Positions 38,350 to 51,945 of a stretch of 64,000 bases of DNA are shown in pieces. The translations under genes were made by a program, and so were the position numbers. The stretch is from assembly GCA_951406725.2 (NCBI GenBank), contig OX597815.1:81158001-81222000 (forward strand), written 5' to 3'. The notes beneath the pieces are model-generated. The model worked only from the letters and a program-made list of their open reading frames with translations. It searched no databases and was not told the origin of the DNA. How positions within the stretch are numbered: position 1 is the stretch's first letter; every line of letters begins with the position of its first letter. The stretch comes from Octopus vulgaris (lineage: Eukaryota).

Positions 38350-38601
38350 AAGTTACCTTCTTGAGTCATGCTGACTCATAAAGGCCTGTTCCCTGGTAAC
38401 CATGGCGTACATATCCCCACTTCCTGGATGAGACGCTGGTCAGTCACAGGGTTACTCATTTTTACTAGCTTAGTAGACTGGAGCAACATAAAATGAAGTG
38501 CTCTGATTGAGAACACAACACATTGCCCGGTCCAGGAATTGAAACCACAATTTTACGATCAAGAGTCCAATGCCCTAACCACTAAGCCACATGCACCTCC
38601 A
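38350..38601 (-). mobile_element. tRNA-derived SINE family C, inverted relative to its neighbour
   Basis: Reverse complement begins tggaggtgcatgtggcttagtggttagggc with B box gtttcaattcc. Confidence 0.8.
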
Positions 38602-39117
38602 CCTGCAGCTAGGTGACCTAAGATGTATAGGATTAAGTGTTCTGCACTGCCCAAATACACTTGTGAAACACTTGCAGTAGATTTAAACTCAAAATCTTCT
38701 GATCTCTTAATCTAATACCCCTCTGACACTTGAACATTTCACTCATAGTGCAGAGTCATCACATCATTGCAAACAACTCAGATAAATAATTAAGATTAAT
38801 TTTTGGGATTTGCAATTCAAGGCCACAAGAAAAGCATTCAAAGCGTGTGTGCGTGTGGTGGTGGTGGGAGGGAAAGAAATTATGTGTTTGCTACAACTCT
38901 TGAAGCACCAGCATTAGTAGTTTGAGTGAAATGATACAAATAAGTTCTAAATGGGGAATTTCAACCATGTCTTGGACTATATTTGGCATTTTAGTTAATT
39001 CTTTTCAACCAAAATCAGATAAGTATAAAAGCAAAAAAAATAATAATCCCTATAGGTCAGGTGTGTGTGTGTTGTATTTCATATATATATATATATATAT
39101 ACATATATAAATACATC

Positions 39118-39148
<31 letters not shown>

Positions 39149-39514
39149 CTTAGGTCCTGGTAGGGTATTTCCAGAGAAGCACAACTTGAATTCTGGGTTA
39201 TCAACACACTGATTCTAGACTAATACTGAAATTCTTCAAGAGTAGAAAATCTTGGTCTCACAACAATAAAACCATTGTGTGGGTGTGTGACAAAGAGTAA
39301 ATTATAATTATTTGAATGACTAAGATACCCAGACACCCTTAATCAAGGACATTAGATATCAGAAGTGAAATGAATTGGCTTGATCAGAATAAATGATCAA
39401 AGTGGCCCATGAGCTAATGAATTACCATTTCCCATTAATGCGAGTGCATGCATATGCACATATCTAATGCAACTGATCTACAATGTAAATTAAACTGCAC
39501 ACACAATAAGCATT

Positions 39515-39965
39515 ATCATTTAATGTCCGTTTTCTATGCTGTTATTGGTTGGACGGTTTGACAGAAACCGACCAGTTGAAGGGCTATTTAAGCTTCATGT
39601 CTGTTTTGGAATCACTTCTACAGCTGGATGCCCTTCCGAACACAAGGGCTATTTAAGCTTCATGCCTGTTTTGGAATCGCTTCTACAGCTGGATGCCCTT
39701 CCGAACACAAACCACTTTACAGAGTGTAATGGATGCTTTTACGTGGCACCTGTATGAATGCTTTTTACACGGCACCAGCACTTACAAGCCCACAAGGTTA
39801 GGGATGCACAGAGCTGAAGAGGGTTGCAAGGGTGACAAGGGATGAGCCCGGACACAAGAGTAACCACACTTTTACTTAGCTAGATTTGCCTTTTCAAGCA
39901 TAGCAAACTGCCAGGAGTCACAATCCCTTGTCACCCCTTCAGTGAGTCCCAGCATTTGTAGATCC
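39515..39965 (-). mobile_element. RTE LINE 3' end containing a 65-bp tandem duplication
   Basis: Minus peptide DLQMLGLTEGVTRDCDSWQFAMLEK resembles the RTE C-terminus; 39579-39643 is repeated at 39644-39708 with 2 mismatches. Confidence 0.7.
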
Positions 39966-42028
39966 TTTCTGAATAAATAAGCATTACACTTGACAAAATA
40001 ATCCAAATGGTAAAGGACTAAAGTGTAGAAAAACTACAGGATTTGTCTAACTAAAAATACATTTATTCAAACCAAGTGCATAACCCACGGGATCACAAAA
40101 ACACACGAGACAAATCTGGCTCTGCATTAGCTGTATATTTATTTCCATGCCTATCCACCCACATTTTTGCTGTTTCACAGTGCTAAACCAATTTTATTTA
40201 AAAGCTCTAAGATAAACGCCCAAATTAGACTAAATTCTTTCAGGCCTGCTTGTACTTCTGAAGAATTCGGCCATCATATATTTAGTACTTTAATCACTGG
40301 GGAAAAGTTGCACATCGTAACAGATTTCTGCACACAGATGATAAAAACTTGGAAAAGGAACATGCTAAATAAAGAATTCAACAAGAAAACAATTTTAGTG
40401 GCCTACTGTTGTAAAATTCCAGAAAGCAAGATTTGGATGTTATTAAATAAATCTTTTGCTACCATTTGCATCTATCTGAGTTAGTAATAAAAGAACTACA
40501 CTAGACAGGGAAATTTTCACCTCATTTCAAAGACCAGTACCTCTGCTCTTTTTACTGCCCACCAGCACCACTTTAGCTCAACCCCACCCCACCAAAAAAA
40601 GTGGCAAAATAAAGAAAGAAAATAAAAGCAAAACCAGAACATGTTCTAAAGGCTTTTTTTTTAGATTTCTTTCTTTCTTTAAAGTAACAGAGAAATGACC
40701 TGCTATGACAGGAATGGTGCAAGATCAGAGAAGTCTTTGATAATAAAAGACATTACAGAAAAGAGAAAGAGAAAAACAATAAACAACAACAAATAGTTAA
40801 ATACAACAAAGGAATGGTTGAGGTGGTTTGCACACGTTCAAAGAACAAGTTCCAAAAGGAATGGAATCGGCAGAACAGAAGGTAAGTTCAAAGAAGCTGG
40901 ATCAAACAACACTTTTTTCACACACACACACACACAACTACCACCAACACAAATACAAGAAAATGTATGTGTGTGTGTGTGTATGTGCAAAAGAGAACAG
41001 CGTTCCATTCAAATCTTTCTGTCTAACAAGAATAATTCTACAGAGAAGAAAGGCAAGCTTCAAGACTGATCCATTACACAGAAACGGATGTGAAAAGTTA
41101 TATGTTTAGAATTTCACTGTATTCCATAACCACTAATACCTGATCCTGCTGCTGCTAGTAGTAGTAGTAGTAACAGCAGCAGCAGTATCCACCGCTGCCA
41201 GTGCATAATAATCTTTTTATCCTTGCAGACAAAAGAGAGTAATTTGATAAACACAGTCACCCTAGATAATTACTGGTGTTCATGAACAACTTAGAATCAA
41301 ATGCCCTGAAAGATGGCAGGTAAAACCGATACCAATAAGAAACTTACAAAATACCACTGAAGTAGATGCAGAGAAGAAAATTCCATTAGCAGAAGCAGAC
41401 TAATCATTACTGTAGCAATAATACTAATAGTAGGTTTTTATTTGCTACAAGGGTCCATTTATTTTACAAGAATATATGCAAAGGGAATTAGAGACATTGG
41501 TGTGATGTAAGATTGGTGTGAGAGGCCAGATCTGACCATTTTGAACATAAAACATATTTTGACCGGATATGGCCGGTTTGAATGCCAAAGGGTTAAAGGT
41601 CACTCAGATGATATATTAAAATTTGCTCTTCTCTACATACAAAGTGCTATTCCAAATATTTGTCAGAGCTTCTCTTATCTGGTGCATTCTTTCTTTCTTT
41701 CTTTCTTTCTTTATCTAGTTTCAGCTCACGAGCTGTGGCCATGCTGGGGCACTGCCATTTGGTGTTGCTACATGATTTTACTTCACGAATGCTTTTTAGC
41801 AATTGCCATTTGGTGCATGAGAGAGTTCGATGCAGCTGCCCTCATCTGCACCTCCTGCCATGAAGTTGGTTCATCTGGGACACCTGACAAGAAGAGATCC
41901 AATTTTATTTGGACACTCTTTTATGTGGACAATCTTACATTAATCATTCTAAAGATTTACAGTTACCTCATAGAATCTCTCACAATTACAACATGATGCA
42001 TGATTAATTCAAAACAATGTGAATAAAC

Positions 42029-42312
42029 AGGCACATGTGTGGTTGTGTGGTAAGAAGCTTGCTTCCCAACTACACGGCTCCAGGTTCAGTCCCACTGTGC
42101 GGCACGTGTCTTCTGCTATAGCTTAGGGTTGATCAAGTGTCTTCTGCTATAGCTTAGGGCTGATCAAAGCTTTATGCGTGGATTTGGTAGATAGGAACTG
42201 AAAGAAGCCCGTCGTATATGTGTGTGTGTGTGTATTTGTGTGCCTGTGTTTGACCCCCCCCTCACTTGACAACTAATGTTGGTGTGTTTAGATCCCTGTA
42301 ACTTAGCAGTTC
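42029..42312 (+). mobile_element. SINE family B copy with a 31-bp internal tandem duplication
   Basis: gtgtcttctgctatagcttaggg(t/c)tgatcaa occurs twice. Confidence 0.85.
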
Positions 42313-43767
42313 TCCTTTTGTGAGGCAAATTTGAGTCAGTTTACTCTGTTTCTACATTTCAATACATTTTCAAGCAAGGAAATAAAGTCCCTTATAACAC
42401 AATATTGCCACAAATCAGTTTCAGACAGTTTTGTCTATAAAGTTACAGCGTTTGAAGTAATTTTGCCAAAATTTCTTCCATTTGTGTGTTTCTTGCTCAG
42501 CAAGTGCTGGTGTATCTACCTGTGAGTGTCACAGTTGTTGTTGTTGTTGTTACCAAAGAAAGCACTAGAAATGTTCATATTGGTAGTAGTAGTAGTAGTA
42601 GTATTATTCATGGAAGTCTTGAGCTCAAATTTGGCTGTAGTCGACTTTGCTTTTCATCGTTTGGAGTTGATAAAATAAGTTTCCAGCTAAGCATTATGAC
42701 CACTGTTATACACTATCACCCTCCCCTAAAATTTCTAGCCTTGTACCAAAATTTGAAACAATTATTCATGGAAATTTCATTTATGTCTTGTTTTTCTCCT
42801 TCTGTTAAAACATATCTTACAATTGAAAATTTTCTAAATTTGGTTGTGAAAAGGAAAAAAAAATTACAAACATTCAACAATGGTTGGGTGGAACCGTTTT
42901 ACCCATTTGCATAGACAAAGAAACAAAAATACTTCAAATACGAATAAACTTCTATTGTCTGAACCCTATAAAGGCAAACTTGTAAATTCTGAAAGTTTTT
43001 TTTTATATGTAAATATGTCGATAAATTTATTTTAAAATATTATTCAATGCAGAGGCACAAGGGAGAAAGAAGTGAGTGTTTTGAAGAGCAACTTGAAAAA
43101 TATATCCATCTAGCTCAGTAGCAAATGAAAATATTAATTTCTTAGATAGAAACAAGGACTGAAGCCAGCCATTTTAAAAATTATTTTTTGTTTTTTGAAA
43201 GGGACAGGGAGGAAAACAGTTGACTATATCAAGGCATCAAACTAATGAATGATATTAATAATCTTTTCTTACTTTGGTTGAGAAAGACAGACAAAATAGC
43301 GGCTGATATAAAACATGTCCAGACTCCTGCAATGTGGTTTTGGCTTTATTTCATTACATCACCACCACCACCGCCGTTGCTACCCTTACACTGTTGCAGA
43401 GAGCTTGGGGGGGGGATAAAATGGAAGACAAAGCAATACCAGACAAAACCAGAAGATGTGAACCCAGAAGTGATATATGGAAACAATAGAATTCCCTCTG
43501 AGTCCCAATGGGCTTTTTAGAGGGGCTTAGCATTGTTCCCCCCACTAAGCTGTGCATGTTTTGCAACCAGTATACAAAAGAATTCATATTCACAGAAAGG
43601 GCTACTCATATGATGAAGCAATTAATAAGTTATAGTTATTACACATTCAGTATGACACATAGCTTTGTCACAGGAAAATTTCATATAATATTAAGATTTT
43701 GGTGCACACGGCATACTTACAAAAACTGAAAGGAATATTAAATTCAGCTTCAGTTTTATGGATTCAA

Positions 43768-43985
43768 CCCTTTCGTTACTGTATTTATTTTGAAATGCTT
43801 TGTTTCTTTCAATTACTTCAAATATAACAAAGAATTTAGTAAAATAACTTAGTTATCATTAAGCTAGTGTTAGGAACATAAACTGTGACTAAGGTTTGGT
43901 GGAAGATTTTAATTCAAAACTCATGAAAACAAGACATTTGTACTCAGAGCCAGAGCCGGTTTCAGCCGGGTTGGTAACAAAAGGG
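43768..43985 (+). mobile_element. piggyBac-type MITE family 2, intact
   Basis: TIR CCCTTTCGTTAC / GTAACAAAAGGG (1 mismatch), flanked by TCAA and TTAA. Confidence 0.85.
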
Positions 43986-44954
43986 TTAAGCAGTTAGCTA
44001 AATATATCACTGGATAGGACAACTATTGCAGCTAAAGCTCCTTGATTGATCAGGTAGTTGGTACTTATTGCTAAAAACAGTGAGAGAAACTGAAACAATT
44101 TATAGAATTATGTAGAATCTGCTGCACAGAAACACATTCAGACGCCTGCAGCATTTTTCAGCTTAGAATATTAAAGGTTTTTAGCACAATACCATAACCC
44201 CACCAATCCACAAATACACATATGTAGGTATAGCATGGAAAATGGATATTAAATGATGATGATGATGATGATGATGAATGTGGTGACACACACACAGAGG
44301 AAAGATTCACAGTGGCTTACCAACCTGCCTGAGGACACAAGTTCTTGTTTTACAGTGATCAAAATTAAAACCATTCACCATAATTCCAAGTTAATTTGTG
44401 CTCCAGACACCGAGTTAACAGTGACAAAGTTATTTTAACTAAATTCTTTATTATTTCTGAAACTAACTGCAACAAACAGAAACTTAATGACAGAAAGATT
44501 AACCAACATAAGCTGAAACTTTGAAGTCACTATCAACCTTATTCATGTGAAAATAAAATCTACTTAAAAAAGGAACTGAGAAAGTTTTCAATTAATGTTT
44601 GGCTGTCTTTATATACTTTCACACAAAAATAAGCATTACTACACAAACACACACATTAATGAGGGTGAGTGGGGGATCAGTCAAAGAGCAGTACGAATAA
44701 TTATGTTTAATTGGTCAAAACAAGATATTTTGGAAAATCTGAAGAAATAATGAAAGAGATCAATGAAGCAATAAAGGTCAAGTATAATTAGTTTGATGTG
44801 TCAGCAGACAATCCATTCCTTGTAATTATATTTGCAGTGTAGAATAACATATAGATGTCAGATTATTTTTGAAACTCTAAGCAGAGTTCTTCGTAGTTGC
44901 AGTTTCAAGTGGAATTGTTTATACTTGAAGAGAGGAATTTTTTTTTTTTTTCAG

Positions 44955-45052
44955 CTTTAAGAGGATCACAGCTGAATGAGTCGATCAAAGTGCCCAACCT
45001 CCCACCTCCTGGTCATAATGTCAGCGATTTCAATTGAATCACCAATGCTGCA
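44955..45052 (+). other. Candidate antisense (plus-strand) 98-nt exon
   Basis: Long T tract then cag|CTTTAAG...GCTGCA|gtgagt; stops in all frames. Confidence 0.3.
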
Positions 45053-45194
45053 GTGAGTCCTTTGGTGACTCTGGGATCTAACCTAAACAATGCAGCCAAA
45101 TCCACAAAACTGTAACAGAAGTATGACAGCTCAAAAGGACTATACAACTGGCAGAGCTTACAAAGTTGAGACGAAACTATACATATGAGAAAAG

Positions 45195-45552
45195 TATCTT
45201 GTTTCAGTCATTAGACAGCAGCCATGCTGGGTCCAACTGCAGTACTTATCTTTAAGCTTGGTACTCATTCTATTGGTCACCTTTGCCAAACCACAAAGAT
45301 ATGGGGACGCAAACACATCAACACCAGTTGTCAAGCGATGGTGAGGGAAAAAGACACAGACACACATACATAGATATATAAACATATACATATATATGAG
45401 AGGCTTCTTTCAGTTTCCATCTACCAAATCCACTCACAATGGTTTGGTTGGCCCAAGGCTATAGCACAAAACATTTTCCCAGAGTGTCATACAGTGGGAC
45501 TGAACCCAGACCGTGTAGTTGGGGAGCAAGTGTCTTACCACACAGCCATGCC
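45195..45552 (-). mobile_element. SINE family B copy
   Basis: Reverse-complement match over about 350 bp. Confidence 0.85.
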
Positions 45553-47234
45553 TGGGGAGGAACAAATTCTGCAAAATTCATTTTTTTTTTTAAAGACATA
45601 CTGCATGAAAGCAAACTCATTATTGTTGTAATTAACACTCAAAAGTTTATGAGATGGACCCACCATGCCAGGAGAACAGGCTTTGCTCTGATAAACTAGT
45701 TACATGATCTTTTTGTTGTATATATTTTTCTTAAATAAAATTATTGTTATATTGTGTCTGAAAAGAAAGCAATCACCAGAGAGGAATTGATGAATAGTAA
45801 GAATATGGTACTCTTAAAAGTTGTCACAAATAATTGGGTTTTTTTGTTTTTTTTTTAGAACTGTTTATCTATAACTTTAAATGGTGGAAAGATCATAAAA
45901 CGACAAAATGGACCCTAAAACAATCAAAACCCAATGATATTGTGAAGTCCATAAATGTCACTGAAATGGAGTAGGGCTGGAAATGACTAGATGACGAATA
46001 ATGGAGAAAAACATGGTGAAGAAATGAAACAGGTGTAACAAAAAAAAAAAAAAAAAAATGGAAATGGCTGCTTTGAACAATTAATATTTAACCTTTCAGA
46101 TTATTTTGTTGAAGGGCATCCAGCTGCAGAAACCAAGTCAAATCAAAGTGGAACCTGGTGCAGCCCTCTTGCTAACTAGCTCTGATCAGACCATCCAAGC
46201 ATACCAGCATAGAGAATAGATGTTCGATGATGATGATGATGATGATGATGATGAATGCTTTTATTTTCACATTGCTTTGAATTAATCATGCATTATCTTG
46301 TAGCATCAAGATTTCAATGACATAATTGTTTATTTTTAGAATGACATTGTAAGATAGGTGTGAGAGGCCAGATTCGGTCAATTTAAACATAAAACAGGCA
46401 GAATAATGGGGCCAGATAAAGCAAGGATTATAGTGTTGATTAAAAAAAATCTCACAAAATCTTTCTTGTAATATCAAGATTTTAATTAAAACATGACCCA
46501 TGTTAGTATAAAATGCCTGCAGCTGGTATTAAAAATGAAATGAAATTTTAAAAAAAAACAAATGAAAAGAAATTTAGTAACTGAAATGTTTACATTGAGA
46601 AAATATACAGGTCACAGACGCACTTATTGTGCATCTGCTAGGGTTAATATGATCTGTCAGGGGAACGTTAGTGTGATTATGAAGTCTTAAAATGAAGGGT
46701 GGATTTTGCTGAGGGTGCCACCCATCCTGCACAAAACACTTCCTCTGGGGAATTGAAACTTGCTGGAACTCCTTTAACACCAACCTTTTCCTGTCTGCTG
46801 ACTCTAGCTTACATCACCAACCTCAATGGGTTTGCAAAAGTGATGACCATATAAAGAGATCTATGTAGTTAGGGACCATGTAATAAGACTATTTTCTTAC
46901 AAGGATGTATCCTACTAGAGGGGAATGTAGAATTGGCAACTATAAAATTACAGTGACACATCCAACACAAGTTCAAATCTCTTTCCATTCTCTCTCTCAA
47001 GTCCACATCAGTGTCGTGCTGTTTCCGTGTAACCGTGTACTCACAGTTCTATCTTGTGATATATCTATTGGTAAGTCTAATGCATGCTAGTAGTTAAAAT
47101 TTAAAGAAACTAAAAAAAAAAAAAATGCATTTCAAATTCACTATTTCAAATTCCAAACAGTATACAATTAAATAAATAAATAAATAAATGAATAATGACA
47201 TGAAACAGTATTGAACAGAATGTTACATACATAC

Positions 47235-47281
47235 ATCCAGGGACCCACATGTCCAACAGAGAATCACAGCAATTGACTTAC
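47235..47281 (-). other. Recursive splice site (AG|GTAAGT) with a 47-nt RS-exon
   Basis: Minus: tattaac ctgtactccttttttttcttgttctttcag|GTAAGT...CTGGAT|gtatgt. Confidence 0.6.
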
Positions 47282-47961
47282 CTGAAAGAACAAGAAAAAA
47301 AAGGAGTACAGGTTAATAAAGTTATTTCAAATATCAAAATGAAATGGCAAATAAAAGGACAAATCATTGATTCATTTCTTATAATTTGCATGGTTTCAGC
47401 TTTTCAAAACAGAAAAATTAAAAACATTTATCTATACTGAACACTGTTCATGTAAACTTTTACACACACATGGGAAGAAAAGAAAAAGAGATATACACAA
47501 ACACACATGTTTTTGGATAGTAAAATACATAGTGTGCTCAATACACATGACAGAGTTAAGTTATTTGGAAACAGTGGCTAATCTGCTTAGAGTCTCCCTG
47601 TCATGTGCAAGTTGCTCAATCAACATCAAGATGACTGATCAGCTCAGCATATACGATTCTGTGTTTGCAGGCATACACAAACTAAAGCCTATATAAAACA
47701 ACTGCCTATTCATACACAATATTATATGCTGACATTTTGATAAATAGGATGTTAACATCAATAATGATGATGATGAGTAGAGTAGTGTGAGAAAAAGCAG
47801 AGTGGAGTGGCAGGCAGAAGAGAGAGAAATTAGGGTAAATTACCAGCTTATTATTATTATACCACTAAGTTAACAACTCTGTAATGGAACAAAATTGCAA
47901 CTCTTAATAAACAAACTAATTACCACTCATTAAACCATCTTAGATACTTAACCAAGGACAG

Positions 47962-48190
<229 letters not shown>

Positions 48191-48676
48191 CACGCACGTA
48201 TAAGTATAAATGTGCACACACACACATATTATACACATATACTGGCACACATATTGTACCATTTGAATTCTCCCTTTCTTGTTATATTTCTGTAATACCA
48301 ACTTTCATCATACCTCTAAACTTAAGATAATTCTCTGACCACACTTGATGAAAAATGTCTAAACATTTAGATGAATTAGGATATGTCCTGTGAAGATGTC
48401 TAAGCATGTATGTTTATGTAAGCATGCTTAAAAAGCTTATTTTCATGCTCTTTATACAGTTAAATGTGTTCTTTATTTTTTTATTTCATACTTGATACAC
48501 AAATCCAATTGCAGGAATATGAATGTGTGCACGCACACACACACACACACACACACATACACACTAATAGATCATCATTATCATTATATCATATCCATTT
48601 TCTATGCTGGTATAGGCTGACCAAGTTGTCTCAATCCAATACTGTTTTTTTTTCTTCTTTATAGTCACTGCCTTCT

Positions 48677-49049
48677 TAGACAGGTCTAACGACCACATTT
48701 TGCTCATACACACAGCATTTTAGAAGAGTTTCTCTAGCTAAATGCTCTCTCTGTCACTATTCTCAATACTGATGTTTTATTTTATCACTCTGGGAACACA
48801 CCGAGACCAAACTAAATACTAAAAGACATTTTCATCCATCTTAGACAGGTTCACCCCACTAGACAGGTTTAAGGACCACATTTTACTCATAAATAGCATT
48901 TTAGAAAAATTAATCTAGCTGGATGCTCTCTCTGTCACGGTACTTTATACTGGTGTTCATTTTATAAACCTAGGGTGAAATGAAAGGAAAACAACCTCAG
49001 CAGAACATACTAAGACCAAACTAAATACCAAGAGACATTTTGTCCCATC
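48677..49049. repeat. Diverged tandem duplication of about 165-190 bp
   Basis: 48677-48840 and 48860-49049 share tagacaggt..gaccacatttt..agcattttagaa..gctctctctgtcac..agaccaaactaaatac. Confidence 0.8.
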
Positions 49050-51340
49050 ACCATTCTGTGAATTCTTCCATCTGCTACAATGGTTATCAAAAACCAGCAA
49101 TAATGATGAGATTCTTGGTCCAAGTACCAGACCAATTTATAAGTATAATGCTGAATTGAATACCAGATTCATAATGGTAATAAAGCTATCTACCCCAAAG
49201 GGTCAAGCTGCTTAGGCCATTGACCCCTAGAGGACTAAGAGATAAATGCTACAACGAAATGTATTTGATCTAAATACTAACTAGTGTTTTGTATAATGCA
49301 TTACTAATAATAACAACTCATAATAAAATTTTTTGCAGACTATGCATTAGTGAAACAAGGGAAGTGGGGATGGAACTCAAACAACAAAAATTACATAAAA
49401 CTAGAAAAAAAAGGTAAATAAAATAATCATCCAAAATAATGTTTATTTAACTAAAAAACGATACTTATTATAAACAACATCAATAGCATTGAAAATACAT
49501 GAAAACATTTCAAGAGCGGTTTGTCTTATCACACAACGCCATCCTCATGTTTGTCTTTTGGTTTTTTTTTTTTTAGAGTTGTTAATTTGCTCTGCATAGA
49601 CAATGTTGCATCACTAACAAAACACACTAATTAAATCATCATCAACATAATTACACAAAAAAAAAAGATTAAAAAAAAAAATTAAAAGCAGAAACAACAT
49701 TTATTTACCCAACCCTCCCCTATGAGCTTAATGCTTTTAATTATTTATCTGATATTTCTCTTAATCAAAATAAGCAAGAAGTAAAAACAGCATTATTAAA
49801 TGATTGCACAGAATTAAGGTTTTCCAAAAATGCGGTCTGGTAACGATAGTAGTAGCAGCCGAGGGTATATGGTGGTTGAGGTGTAGGTAAATTTGCAGAT
49901 GGAAATAAATTTTGCTGCTGGTTTTTTCACACTGGTCCAATCTGATCAAACAAACTTCTATGTAATCAAAGTCTCATCTTCTGTTTAAACAAAGTGTTTC
50001 TTCAACTACATTATTCAATGTAACCGTCTTGTTTTTAAGGTTTGGTTAAAATGTCTGCTTTGCAACAAACCATAAGATTCCAGACTCAGTTCCACAACAC
50101 AGCATTTTGGGCAAATGCCACAGCATTAGACTGACTAATACCTAACAGGCTGGATTTGGTAGATGTGTGTTACATTGGTCTAAGCTGATGGCTTGATAAA
50201 TAAATTTCAAACACTCCAAGAAGGTGTTTTTAATTTACTAATTGCTTAGATAATCACTATAATCACTATATATAAGAGACCTTATTGTCTTTGCATTTAG
50301 TCTACAGAAGGCTCTCCCGGGGAAGCCATATTGTTAATATTCTAATCAGTATCACATTACTTCTATTTCCACATACATTGCTTATAATCTTGCATGCTTT
50401 TAATAAGACTAAAATACATCTGTTGCATTAACCAAATGGTTTGAAAGACCTGATCCTCTTTACTATGGACACTAACCAAAAATTTCAATCAATTGATCTT
50501 ACAAGAGTTATCTTCCTTGCTTTTGCAGAAGTAGTTTTTGTCTACCAAGTCTACTATTAAATCAATGTAAAATGAGTTGAGTGAAAGTTTTTCCATTCAC
50601 TACATTACATACGTGAGAACCTATCATATTTGAATAGACTATGCAACAGCATCTTGAGGTATTTTCATTCAGCCAATGTTGCCGAAGAACTAAAACTAGC
50701 AAAAGAGTAAAAGATTATCTCAAAAGTCAATGACAACGGTAGACTGTCTACACATGGCTGCTTCACATGTAACAGATAACGGACAAATCACAAAACTACA
50801 ATCTGAAATAACCACTGGAGATATTGATACATAAAAAGACAAGATGATCACAACTAAATGCCCAACAAACCTCTGTCCCTTTCTGCACGTGTGTGTGTGT
50901 GTGTGTGGATTCATGTTACAGGATATGCTTATGTACTGAACCTACTGTTGTAGCATCAGTATAAACATACAACCTGTGGGCTATTACTATATACAATTAT
51001 ACTGCAATAACAGTGCAATAAGGGAGTTATTACAAAAGAAGTTTAGCAGGTTTCAAATGGTGTGCAAAGCTCATTCATAACACCCAGAACATACACACCA
51101 TGTGACTGGCTTGAAAAATTGTTATGATATTAAGATATTTTCCATAACATGAAACCAATGGCAGCTTTAATACACAAATAAACTAGCCACCAACTAGCAC
51201 TCATTCTCATCATTAAACACACACATATATATATAGATGTATGTCTGTATATGTGTGTGTATATGTATATATACATATATATACACATACACACATATAT
51301 ACACACACATATATATATAAACACACACACATATATATAT

Positions 51341-51374
<34 letters not shown>

Positions 51375-51911
51375 GCATACATATACATCTATATATGTGC
51401 ATAAATATATATATATCTATGTATAGATATATCGTTACAGGTCTTCATCAAACATTCTCTTACACTCATCTAAGACTTGCGTATGTATGATCAAAAAGTC
51501 ATACATACATACATGCATGCCACTTATGAACACACACACACACACCAACGTACATGCATGCATATGAGGAATAAATAAAGAACCAATATTGGAGGAAAAA
51601 CAAACAAATCAAAACACACAAGACTAAGGAGATACCCAGCTTACAATGCAAACAACCTTATAATAAAACTTTGTAAGTCAATATATATATTGAGGCCAAT
51701 ATAAGAATATCGCATGATATTTTTGAATGTGTGTATACGTGTGTGTGTGTGTGTGTGACATACATATATACATGTACTGTACACACATAGCACACAGTCC
51801 TAGATAAATGCATAAAGACATGTATACAGCACTTTAGCAGATTATTTCAAACACACACACACATAGTATAGATGTTCTTAATTTAACCTAATATTTATGT
51901 AGTCATAGATA

Positions 51912-51945
<34 letters not shown>

